Made by a program: the position numbers and the translations under genes. 40,177 nt of DNA from contig CACYEE010000041.1 in NCBI GenBank assembly GCA_902773415.1, positions 1 to 40,177 of the forward strand, in the 5' to 3' direction. The notes under the pieces are model-generated. The model worked only from the letters and a program-made list of their open reading frames with translations. It ran no database searches and was not told where the DNA came from. Numbering within the stretch: position 1 is the first letter of the stretch; each line of letters begins with the position of its first letter. This stretch comes from an uncultured Actinomyces sp. GTDB taxonomy: Bacteria; Actinomycetota; Actinomycetes; Actinomycetales; Actinomycetaceae. Below are positions 29,397 to 37,111 of this stretch, one piece after another.

Positions 29397-30374
29397 CTAC
29401 AGGGTGTTTGTTCCGTAAACCGTTCCCTCGGCAATGTCCATGTGCCAGGACGGGCCGTTGGCGAGGTCGGGGTCGAGGGCGACCTGGTCGGCAAGCTCGT
29501 CGAGCATCTTGACGGCCTCGATCTGGATTTCCCGGACATCGGTCCGCACGCCGTGCATGAGCCAGCGAAGAATGGAGAACTCGCTCATGAACACCGCCCG
29601 CAGGCGCGTGGGCTCGTCGAGCGTGGCGCCTCGTACGTTCTCGTAGGACTCGATTGCGGGCAGAAGCAGCTCGTCGGGCAGGGGCAGGAGGGAGGCGAGG
29701 TCGTGCGCCGGGTCTCCGACACGTGCCTCGCCCCATCCGAGCACCGTCGCGATGGAACCGTTGGACCACAGGAAGTTTTCGCCGGCGAGGTCTCCGTGAA
29801 TGACGCAGGGGGTAAAGCGCCACAGGGAGGAGTCGGTCAGGGCGTCGTCCCAGCGCCTGCGAAGAAGAGGCGGCACGTAGCCGGTGTGGTCGGCGTCCGA
29901 GAGTTCGGCCAGGAGCCGGCGTCGCCATTCGTCGGCGTTGTAGACGGGAAGTCCCGCATCGGAGATGACCCTTTCGGGCAGAAGGTGGATCGCGGCGATT
30001 GCGCGGGCGAGGGAGCGGGCTTCGTCGGGGGTCATGTCCTCGAATTCGATGGCCTTTCCGAAGGGTTCGGGATAGACGGCCGCCCGGCCGCCCGGGACGG
30101 TCGCGAAGCCTGCCGGGCGCATGATGTCGAAGGGCAGGTTGGAGGCGCGCAGTTCGTTGAGGAGTTCGGGGGCGAGAGCCATTTCGGCTTCAAGCGCAGT
30201 CGCGGCAAAGGCGTTTGCAGGGTATGTCACTCTCCAGTGGCGGCCTCGGGCGTCGATGACGGTGCCCGTGACGTAGTCGTCGTTTCTGGCGAGCTGGCCT
30301 CGCGTGCCGACGGCGTCGAGCCCCTGGATGGCTTCGACGGCGAGGGCGGCGAGATATTGCGGAGAGATGTTCAT
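29397..30374 (-). CDS. phosphotransferase-family protein (APH / macrolide-phosphotransferase-like kinase fold), substrate unknown
   Basis: Brenner-type catalytic motif IHGDLAGENFLW and the downstream metal-binding segment LGWGEARVGDPAHDLA. Confidence 0.8.
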   Translation of the reverse strand: MNISPQYLAALAVEAIQGLDAVGTRGQLARNDDYVTGTVIDARGRHWRVTYPANAFAATALEAEMALAPELLNELRASNLPFDIMRPAGFATVPGGRAAVYPEPFGKAIEFEDMTPDEARSLARAIAAIHLLPERVISDAGLPVYNADEWRRRLLAELSDADHTGYVPPLLRRRWDDALTDSSLWRFTPCVIHGDLAGENFLWSNGSIATVLGWGEARVGDPAHDLASLLPLPDELLLPAIESYENVRGATLDEPTRLRAVFMSEFSILRWLMHGVRTDVREIQIEAVKMLDELADQVALDPDLANGPSWHMDIAEGTVYGTNTL

Positions 30375-30438
30375 TTTTCCAACCTACGGCGTTTTCCCTG
30401 CATTGCCGGGTTCACACGCCCATCGAGCCTCCCGGCCG

Positions 30439-30485
30439 ATCTATCCACAGATTTATTCCCAGAATCGTCGGAAATGTGGATAGAT
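30439..30485. promoter_or_regulatory. perfect 11-bp inverted repeat (DnaA-box-like) in the divergent kinase/tadA intergenic region
   Basis: ATCTATCCACA (30439-30449) and TGTGGATAGAT (30475-30485) are exact reverse complements separated by 25 bp. This is a locally AT-rich patch. Related ATGTGG/ATGTGT units follow at 30484 and 30502. Confidence 0.5.
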
Positions 30486-30557
30486 GTGGGGCTTTCGCGC
30501 AATGTGTAGTAGGGTCGTCGTTGTCGAAGACACTCACCTGTCGGAAGGACGCTCACC

Positions 30558-31799
30558 ATGACAGCGGAAGCTGTACGCAATCCCCTTGAAATGCGCGTGC
30601 GCAGACTGGTACGCCACGCGGGAATCGATCCCGAACGCGAGCCTGCCGCACTTGACCGGCTCATCGGCCAAGCCATCGACGAATACGAGGAACAGTCGCT
30701 TCGTTCGGGAACAAGGACGGTTGACGACCGTCGCGATGTCCACCGGTCGATCCGCGATGCCGTCGGAAGGCTGGGCCCGCTCCAGAAGTATCTCGACGAC
30801 CCCCAGGTCGAGGAAATCTGGATCGACGAGCCGTCCAAGGTCTTTGTCTCTCGCGGGGGAGCCTCCGAACTGACGAGCACGGTTCTCGACGAGGGGGAAG
30901 TGCGCGACCTCGTCGAACGCATGCTTCGTGCCTCGGGGCGTCGCCTCGACCTGTCGATGCCCTTCGTCGACGCCTCACTTCAGACCGGGGAACGTCTCCA
31001 TGTGGTGATCCCCGACGTGACGCGCCGCCACTGGGCCATCAACATCCGCAAGCATGCGCTCAAGGCGCGTGGCCTCGACGAGCTTGCCAAGGCCGGGATG
31101 CTCACGCCGGCCGCGGCGGCGTTTCTTCGGGACGCGGTCCGCGCGGGCCTGAACGTGCTCGTGTCGGGAGCGACCCAGGCCGGAAAGACGACCCTGCTGC
31201 GCGCGATGCTGGGGGCCGTCCCCGCTTCGGAACGCATTGTCAGCGCCGAGGAGGTTTTCGAGCTCGACCTGGACCATCGCGACGTCGTCGCCATGCAGAC
31301 CAGGCCTCCCTCGATCGAGGGCCGGGGCGAAATAACCCTGCGCAGGCTCGTGCGGGAGGCGATGCGGATGCGTCCGGAACGGATCGTCATCGGCGAGGTC
31401 CGCTCCGCCGAGGCCTTCGACCTGCTTGTCGCGCTGAACGCGGGCGTTCCCGGAGCGTGCACGATCCATGCGAATTCGGCGCGCGAGGCGGTTCTCAAGC
31501 TCTGCACCCTCCCTCTTCTTGCGGGAGAAAACGTGACGAGCTCCTTTGTCGTGCCGACGGTGGCGCGCAGCGTCGACCTTGTCGTCCATGTGGTGCGGGA
31601 ACGGTCGGGTCGGCGCCAGGTTGTCGAGATCGCCGGCGTGACCGGCCGGGTCGAAGGCGAACATGTCGAAATGTCCCGGCTCTTCGAGAAACGTGACGGG
31701 AAACTCGTCGCTGCGGGCGGCGAAGTTCCGCACGCCGACCGTTTCGCCGAGCTGGACGCCGAACTTCCGGGGCGTCGGGGAGGTCGGCGATGGGAATGA
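30558..31799 (+). CDS. tadA: TadA/CpaF-family type II/IV secretion ATPase
   Basis: Walker A GATQAGKTT, Asp box SAEEVFELD, Walker B RIVIGEVR and His box CTIHANS. A GGAAGGA SD lies upstream. Confidence 0.88.
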   Translation: MTAEAVRNPLEMRVRRLVRHAGIDPEREPAALDRLIGQAIDEYEEQSLRSGTRTVDDRRDVHRSIRDAVGRLGPLQKYLDDPQVEEIWIDEPSKVFVSRGGASELTSTVLDEGEVRDLVERMLRASGRRLDLSMPFVDASLQTGERLHVVIPDVTRRHWAINIRKHALKARGLDELAKAGMLTPAAAAFLRDAVRAGLNVLVSGATQAGKTTLLRAMLGAVPASERIVSAEEVFELDLDHRDVVAMQTRPPSIEGRGEITLRRLVREAMRMRPERIVIGEVRSAEAFDLLVALNAGVPGACTIHANSAREAVLKLCTLPLLAGENVTSSFVVPTVARSVDLVVHVVRERSGRRQVVEIAGVTGRVEGEHVEMSRLFEKRDGKLVAAGGEVPHADRFAELDAELPGRRGGRRWE

Positions 31800-32623
31800 T
31801 TGTCGGCCTCGCCTTCGGGCTGGGCACCCTCGTCGTCTACGCTTCGCTCAACGGAATGCTTGCTCCCTGGCAAACTCCGGCCCCTGCACGTCGCATATGG
31901 CAGGAGCGTCGGGCGATTGCGGCCCACGCCGCAGCCGGTGCGGCCCTTGCCGCGACCGCGTGGATCCTTTCGCGCAACGATGTCCTGGCGGCCGGTTGCT
32001 TTGCCGTGGGCCTGGCGGTTCCCGCCGCCCTGAAACGCTCCCGCGCACGAAAACGCCAGGCGCAGGCGCGCGAGCAGTGGCCCGACTGCATCGACGATGT
32101 CGTCTCCGGGCTTCGGGCAGGGCTTTCCGTCGGAGAATCGCTGGTCTTGCTGGCCGAACGGGGACCTGACCAGATGAAGGCCCACTTTGCCGTGTTCGCG
32201 GCCGAGCTTGAGGCGACGGGCCGTCTCGACGCCGCTTTGGACCGGCTCAAGCGAACGATGGCGGAACCGGTCGCCGATCGGGTCGTCGAAGCGATGCGCC
32301 TTGCAAGCAGGCTTGGCGGACATGACCTTGCCGTCATGCTGACCTCGCTCGCCTCGGCGCTTCGGTCGGAAAACCGCGCGCGAGGAGAACTTCTTGCCCG
32401 CCAGTCGTGGACGGTCGGAGGGGCGCGCGTCGCGGCGGTTGCGCCGTGGGTCGTCCTCGGGCTGCTCGCGACCCGGCCCGGCGTCGTCGACTCGTTTTCG
32501 ACGCCGACGGGAACCGCGATTCTCGTTTTCGGCCTCGCGGCGACCCTTCTCGCCTACGGGCTCATGCTCCGCCTGGGACGGCTCGAGGAGGCTCCTCGGG
32601 TCCTTGCGGGAAACGAATCATGA
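31790..32623 (+). CDS. tadB: TadB-like platform protein (GspF/T2SSF domain)
   Basis: N-terminal TM segment, a T2SSF-like helical domain (WPDCIDDVVSGLRAGLSVGESL...) and C-terminal TM segments. It overlaps tadA by 10 nt, or by ATGA if it starts at 31796. Confidence 0.75.
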   Translation: MGMIVGLAFGLGTLVVYASLNGMLAPWQTPAPARRIWQERRAIAAHAAAGAALAATAWILSRNDVLAAGCFAVGLAVPAALKRSRARKRQAQAREQWPDCIDDVVSGLRAGLSVGESLVLLAERGPDQMKAHFAVFAAELEATGRLDAALDRLKRTMAEPVADRVVEAMRLASRLGGHDLAVMLTSLASALRSENRARGELLARQSWTVGGARVAAVAPWVVLGLLATRPGVVDSFSTPTGTAILVFGLAATLLAYGLMLRLGRLEEAPRVLAGNES

Positions 32624-33492
32624 AGGGCGCGCTTGTCGGTGCGGCCTTCGCTGCCGGCGTCTTCGCCATCGCTGCGGTATGGCTTTGGCCGAGACCCTCC
32701 TTTTCGGCGCGGGTGCGCCCCTATCTCGACGACGGCTGGACGCCGCAACGGCGAGGACTGCTCGTGCGTCTTCTCGGACTCGTCCTGCGGGGCCTCGAAG
32801 CGGCAGGCTCGTCGTCGGCAAGCGTTCGGAGGCGAACGGTGGCCCTGGGAACCATCGACGTGCACGGCTTCAGGCTCCGCCAGCTCGAATGGGCGACGGT
32901 CGGCTTCGGCGCCGGAACGGCGCTCGGCTTCGCTGCCGTCAGGATGGGGTCGCCGGTCCTTGCCGCATTCGCCATGCCGGTTGCCGGATCCGCATGCTGC
33001 GCCCTTGCGGCGGACTGGAACCTGTCGAACCGGCTGCGGCACAGGTCGAGGGCGATGACCAACGAGCTTCCCGACATTGCCGAACTGCTTGCGCTGGCCG
33101 TCGGTGCCGGCGAGTCCATTCGCGCGGCTCTCGAACGGGTCTCGGCAATCGGATCGGGGGCGCTCGCCTCGGAAATCGGCAGGGCGCTCGACGCGGTTCG
33201 CGCCGGCGACAGGCTTCCCGACGCGCTGGCGGACATGTCGGATCGATGCGGCAATCTCGCGGTCGCACGCTTCGTCGACGCTCTCGTGACCTCCCTCGAA
33301 CGCGGCACGGCTCTTGGCGATGTCCTGCGTGCGCAGGCGGCAGATGCCCGCGAGCATGCGCGTCGCGAACTCCTCGAAGAAGGCGGAAGCAAGGAGATTC
33401 GGATGCTTTTGCCGGTCGTCTTCCTCATCATGCCCATCACCATTGTTTTTGCCCTGTACCCCTCGGTCGCCGCGCTGACCTTCGTACCGTAG
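32620..33492 (+). CDS. tadC: TadC-like platform protein (GspF/T2SSF domain)
   Basis: ATGA overlap with tadB. T2SSF-like segment LPDIAELLALAVGAGESIRAALERV...LPDALADM and C-terminal TM segments. Confidence 0.75.
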   Translation: MKGALVGAAFAAGVFAIAAVWLWPRPSFSARVRPYLDDGWTPQRRGLLVRLLGLVLRGLEAAGSSSASVRRRTVALGTIDVHGFRLRQLEWATVGFGAGTALGFAAVRMGSPVLAAFAMPVAGSACCALAADWNLSNRLRHRSRAMTNELPDIAELLALAVGAGESIRAALERVSAIGSGALASEIGRALDAVRAGDRLPDALADMSDRCGNLAVARFVDALVTSLERGTALGDVLRAQAADAREHARRELLEEGGSKEIRMLLPVVFLIMPITIVFALYPSVAALTFVP

Positions 33493-33533
33493 CGATCCCA
33501 CGGGGCAGGGCGGACCCGCCGGTCCGACGCGGC

Positions 33534-33549
33534 GCAGGCTTCGGCCTGC
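33534..33549 (+). promoter_or_regulatory. GC hairpin with a UUCG tetraloop upstream of the pilin-like gene
   Basis: GCAGGC-TTCG-GCCTGC lies 28 nt upstream of the start. It is followed by the strongest SD noted in the window (AAGGAG). Confidence 0.35.
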
Positions 33550-33577
33550 ATCACACCAACAAAAGAAGGAGAAATCC

Positions 33578-33769
33578 ATGCTCACCCGAATTCAGGCCCT
33601 GCTGCACGCCCTGTTCCTTCCGTCCGAGGACGGCGAACGGGGCGACGTTCCCGGCTGGGTCCTCATCACCCTCATGACCGCGGGGCTTGTCGTGGCCATC
33701 TGGGCAGTGGCCGCACCGGCACTGCAAACGGCTTTCGAGGCCGCAATCAACAAGGTCGTGAACTATTGA
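33578..33769 (+). CDS. Flp-like pilin candidate (63 aa, single hydrophobic helix)
   Basis: Its position directly after tadC matches actinobacterial tad loci. A short charged leader ends in ERG and is followed by DVPGWVLITLMTAGLVVAIWAV. Strong AAGGAG SD. The canonical G/xxxxEY motif is absent. Confidence 0.55.
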   Translation: MLTRIQALLHALFLPSEDGERGDVPGWVLITLMTAGLVVAIWAVAAPALQTAFEAAINKVVNY

Positions 33770-34152
33770 TCGAGGCAGGGGACAGGCGCCGCGAAAGCGG
33801 AAACGCTCCGGCGGGCTTCGTCATGCTTGCGCCGATGCTCCTTGCGCTGACGCTTGCGCTGATGGCTCTTGCGCTGAGCCTGTACGCCCAGACGGTCATT
33901 GCCGATGCGGCAGCGGAAGGAGCGCGCGCCGGAGCGGTCGCACAGTCCGCGCAGGCGGCGCGCGAGCGGACCGCGATGCTTGTCGAACAGACCCTTGGGA
34001 GCCGGTACGCGGGCGGAATCGACGCGCGGATCGAAAGCGGACCTGCCGGCGCGACGGTCGTCGTCGAGGTTTCGGCTCCCATGCCGATGCTCGGTCTTGC
34101 CCTTCCCGGGCCGACTGTCCTGGAGGCGCATGCCCATGCAATGGTCGAATAG
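33766..34152 (+). CDS. TadE-like pseudopilin
   Basis: The TTG start overlaps the previous stop (TTGA). The N-terminus RRESGNAPAGFVMLAPMLLALTLALMAL, followed by AAEGARAG, is typical of the TadE family. Confidence 0.65.
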   Translation: MIEAGDRRRESGNAPAGFVMLAPMLLALTLALMALALSLYAQTVIADAAAEGARAGAVAQSAQAARERTAMLVEQTLGSRYAGGIDARIESGPAGATVVVEVSAPMPMLGLALPGPTVLEAHAHAMVE

Positions 34153-34585
34153 ACGGCGTCCCCGTTGCGGCGCGGACCGGGAAGGAAGCGAGGCCGGCAA
34201 TGCGATCGTCGAAAGCCTCGGCGTCATTGCCGTTCTCATCCTTCCCGCCTTCGCGCTTGTGGTGAGCTTCGCGTCGATGCTCGGCGCCGAGCATGCGGCG
34301 GCGGCAGCGGCGCGTGACGGTGCGCGGGCCTTTGTGCGGGCAGAGTCCGCCGAAGCGGCCAGGGCCCGCATGGAAGAGGCCGTCTCGATGCGGCTCGCCG
34401 ACAGGGGCGCGAAGGCCGAAAATGCGCCTCGGGTCGCATGCAGCGCGTCGCCGTGCCTGAGTCCGGGCGAAAAGGTGTCGGTGACCGTTGCGGTCCGTGC
34501 GCGCCTGGAAGCCTTCCAGCGCGACGTCGTCGTCACGCGGACGGCGACGATGCCTGTCGACGATTTCAGGAGGACGCGGCCATGA
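34130..34585 (+). CDS. TadE/TadF-like pseudopilin
   Basis: The N-terminus EAGNAIVESLGVIAVLILPAFALVV has a Gly followed by Glu at +5, then AARDGARA. It overlaps the upstream gene by about 23 nt; the alternative ATG at 34136 gives 17 nt. Confidence 0.55.
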   Translation: MPMQWSNRRRPRCGADREGSEAGNAIVESLGVIAVLILPAFALVVSFASMLGAEHAAAAAARDGARAFVRAESAEAARARMEEAVSMRLADRGAKAENAPRVACSASPCLSPGEKVSVTVAVRARLEAFQRDVVVTRTATMPVDDFRRTRP

Positions 34586-35070
34586 CACGCCCACGTGCCC
34601 TTGTCCGGCGAGCATTCGAGGGCGTCGCGAAGTCTCGGCTTCGGGAACGTCGGCAGGAACCGGAACGCGGAAACATGCTTGTGCTGGGCCTGGGCCTGTG
34701 GCTTGTCGCGGCGATGCTCGTTCTCGTCGTCGCCGTCGCCTCGGACCTGCATGCCGAGCGGCGCGATCTTCTCGCCGAGGCCGATTCCGTCGTGCTCGCG
34801 CTCGCGGACGATGTCGCCGATGCGGCCTATTTCCGGTCCGCCGACCTGGAAAAGGGCGAGCTTGGCCCGGTCAGCGAAGCCGAACTCGTGCTCCGTGCGA
34901 AAAAGGCGCTGCGCCCGAATACCGAGCTCGCTGCTCTCGTCGTCGAGAACGACGCGACGGTGCGCCTCAGGCTCTCCCGGCGCGTCAGCCTCGAAGCTGC
35001 CCGAATCCTTGCCCCGTCGGGGTCGGTTCTTCTCGAGGCGGAGTCCGCTGCCCGGCTGCGCCCACGGTGA
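34582..35070 (+). CDS. TadG-related / Tad_N-type (TadE-like) membrane-anchored protein
   Basis: ATGA overlap with the upstream gene. A basic leader is followed by PERGNMLVLGLGLWLVAAMLVLVVAV, which fits the ERG-plus-TM pattern of putative Flp pilus-assembly TadE/G-like N-termini. Confidence 0.55.
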   Translation: MTRPRALVRRAFEGVAKSRLRERRQEPERGNMLVLGLGLWLVAAMLVLVVAVASDLHAERRDLLAEADSVVLALADDVADAAYFRSADLEKGELGPVSEAELVLRAKKALRPNTELAALVVENDATVRLRLSRRVSLEAARILAPSGSVLLEAESAARLRPR

Positions 35071-35120
35071 AGCGCCGCGCGTTCGCGGCACGCACGGTCG
35101 AGATGAGGTAGCCTTGGCGC

Positions 35121-36257
35121 GTGGCAACTGACTATCAAAGCGAAATCGACAACCTCCGCAAAACCTACCGGCAGATCGCTGCGGTGAAGGAACCGGCGGC
35201 GCTGCGTGCGCGCATCGCCGCGCTCACCGAGAAGTCGGCCGCGCCGGACCTGTGGGACGATCCGGACAAGGCCCAGGCGGTCACGTCGAAGCTGTCCCAT
35301 GCCCAGGCCGAACTCAAGAAGCTGACGGATTCGGAAGGCCGCATCGAGGATCTCGAGGCGCTGCTTGAGATGGCGGGCGAGGAAGCGTTGACCGATGCCG
35401 AGACTGCCGCGGAGCTTTACGAGGATCTCGATGCCGAACTGGCTCAGGTCGGCAAGGATCTCGCGGATCTTCAGATTCAGACCCTTTTGTCCGGCAAGTA
35501 CGACGAACGCGACGCGGTCGTGACGATTCGTTCGGGCGCCGGAGGCGTCGACGCGGCGGATTTCGCGCAGATGCTTCAACGCATGTACCTTCGGTGGGCC
35601 GAGCGGCGGGAGTTCTCTGCGAAGGTGCTCGACACGTCCCATGCCGAAGAGGCAGGCATCAAGTCGACGACCTTCGAGGTCCACGCCCCCTTCGCCTACG
35701 GCACGTTGTCCGTCGAAGCGGGCACCCATCGTCTCGTTCGCATTTCGCCCTTCGACAACCAGGGGCGTCGCCAGACGTCCTTTGCCGCGGTCGAGGTGAT
35801 TCCTCTCATCGAACAGACCGATCGCATCGACATTCCCGATACCGACATTCGTGTCGATGTCTTCCGTTCCTCGGGGCCGGGCGGCCAGTCGGTGAACACG
35901 ACGGATTCCGCCGTGCGCATCACCCATCTTCCCACCGGCATCGTCGTGTCGATGCAGGACGAGAAATCGCAGATCCAGAACCGCGCGGCTGCCATGCGAG
36001 TGCTCCAGTCCCGTCTGCTTCTGCTCAAGCAGGAGGAAGAAGCACGGGAGAAGAAGGAGCTCGCCGGCGACATCAAGGCTTCCTGGGGCGACCAGATGCG
36101 TTCCTACGTCCTCCATCCCTACCAGATGGTCAAGGATCTGAGAACCGGCTTCGAGTCGGGCAATACGGACAGCGTCTTTGACGGCGACATCGACGGCTTC
36201 ATCGATGCGGGCATTCGCTGGAGGGCCACTGGCGAGAAGGCGAACGAAACGGACTGA
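35121..36257 (+). CDS. prfB: peptide chain release factor 2 (single uninterrupted frame)
   Basis: SPF tripeptide ([16 protein letters not shown]) and GGQ ([19 protein letters not shown]). GTG start, with no internal in-frame UGA or +1 frameshift site. Confidence 0.93.
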   Translation: MATDYQSEIDNLRKTYRQIAAVKEPAALRARIAALTEKSAAPDLWDDPDKAQAVTSKLSHAQAELKKLTDSEGRIEDLEALLEMAGEEALTDAETAAELYEDLDAELAQVGKDLADLQIQTLLSGKYDERDAVVTIRSGAGGVDAADFAQMLQRMYLRWAERREFSAKVLDTSHAEEAGIKSTTFEVHAPFAYGTLSVEAGTHRLVRISPFDNQGRRQTSFAAVEVIPLIEQTDRIDIPDTDIRVDVFRSSGPGGQSVNTTDSAVRITHLPTGIVVSMQDEKSQIQNRAAAMRVLQSRLLLLKQEEEAREKKELAGDIKASWGDQMRSYVLHPYQMVKDLRTGFESGNTDSVFDGDIDGFIDAGIRWRATGEKANETD

Positions 36258-36418
36258 GGCGCGATTCGGGGGCGCCTTCAGGCGTCCCGTTGCATGGCCT
36301 CGCGCAGCGCTGGCCCAGTTTCTCTCAGGTCGTGCGGGCGCGGCGCGTCGGCATGGGGGCGCAATGCGCTGCCACGTATTCTCGACACCGAGAACATGCG
36401 CGATTGTGGGGCAATGCA

Positions 36419-37111
36419 GTGATTACATTCGACAATGTCACGAAGCTGTACCGGACGGGGACGAAACCGGCCCTCGATTCGGTGAGCCTGGAGGTCGGCA
36501 GGGGAGAGTTCGTCTTTCTTGTCGGTCCTTCCGGGTCGGGCAAGTCGACGATGCTTGCCCTCGTCGTGGCCGAAGAGAGGCCGACGTCGGGGCGCGTGCA
36601 GGTGCTGGGAAAGGACCTGTCGAAGATTTCGACGAGACGCATCCCCCGTTTGCGCAGGAAAATCGGGACCGTGTTCCAGGAGTTCCGCCTGCTTGAGGAC
36701 AACAATGTCTACGAGAATGTCGCTCTTGCCCTCCAGGTGGTCGGAGCCGGACGATCGACGATTCGGAGCGAAGTTCCGGCGGTTCTCGAAATGGTGGGCC
36801 TTGACGGCAAGGAGCGCAGGCTTCCCGTGGAGCTTTCCGGCGGCGAGCGTCAGCGCGTGGCGATTGCGCGCGCGATGGTCAACCGTCCGGAGATTCTTCT
36901 GGCGGACGAGCCTACCGGCAACCTCGACCGCGACACGGGCCTGACGATTATGCGGATTCTGCATCGAATCAACCAGTCCGGCACGACCGTGGTCATGGCG
37001 ACCCATGACCAGGAAATCGTGAACCGGATGCGCAAGCGGGTGATCCAGCTTTCCCGCGGAACGGTCGAGCGTGATGAGAACGGGGGCCTGTATGGAAGGA
37101 GCCGGGGCTGA
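36419..37111 (+). CDS. ftsE: cell-division ABC ATPase FtsE
   Basis: (V)ITFDNVTKLY, Walker A GPSGSGKST, signature LSGGERQRV and Walker B ILLADEPTGNLD. Start set at GTG 36419; the track ORF begins at 36290. Confidence 0.92.
   Translation: MITFDNVTKLYRTGTKPALDSVSLEVGRGEFVFLVGPSGSGKSTMLALVVAEERPTSGRVQVLGKDLSKISTRRIPRLRRKIGTVFQEFRLLEDNNVYENVALALQVVGAGRSTIRSEVPAVLEMVGLDGKERRLPVELSGGERQRVAIARAMVNRPEILLADEPTGNLDRDTGLTIMRILHRINQSGTTVVMATHDQEIVNRMRKRVIQLSRGTVERDENGGLYGRSRG

Noticed and set aside
26312-29539. 1075-aa minus-strand ORF opposite adnB
   Set aside because: Same reasoning: an Arg/Pro/Gly-rich translation with no motifs, lying entirely antisense to a well-supported helicase-nuclease gene.
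29397-30374. APH/Mph-like phosphotransferase as an acquired antibiotic-resistance gene
   Set aside because: There is no mobile-element context, and GC content and codon style look indistinguishable from the neighbours. Only the generic kinase motifs are visible, so the substrate cannot be inferred.
30439-30485. DnaA-box-like inverted repeat as a replication origin
   Set aside because: There are only two boxes. No dnaA/dnaN/rpmH/gidB context is present and there is no extended AT-rich unwinding element. A transcriptional operator is far more likely than oriC.
29114-30557. Search for a 6C-type sRNA (two hairpins with C-rich loops), which lies next to the tad-like locus in mycobacteria
   Set aside because: Only short C-runs occur (for example CAGTCCCCTGG and TGTCCCCAAT). 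They lack the paired strong stems and the loops of six or more C's that define the motif. This cannot be supported without a covariance-model search.
35121-36257. Possible programmed +1 frameshift in prfB
   Set aside because: The RF2 reading frame is uninterrupted from its GTG start through the SPF and GGQ motifs. There is no short upstream ORF ending in an in-frame UGA, so no recoding is needed here.
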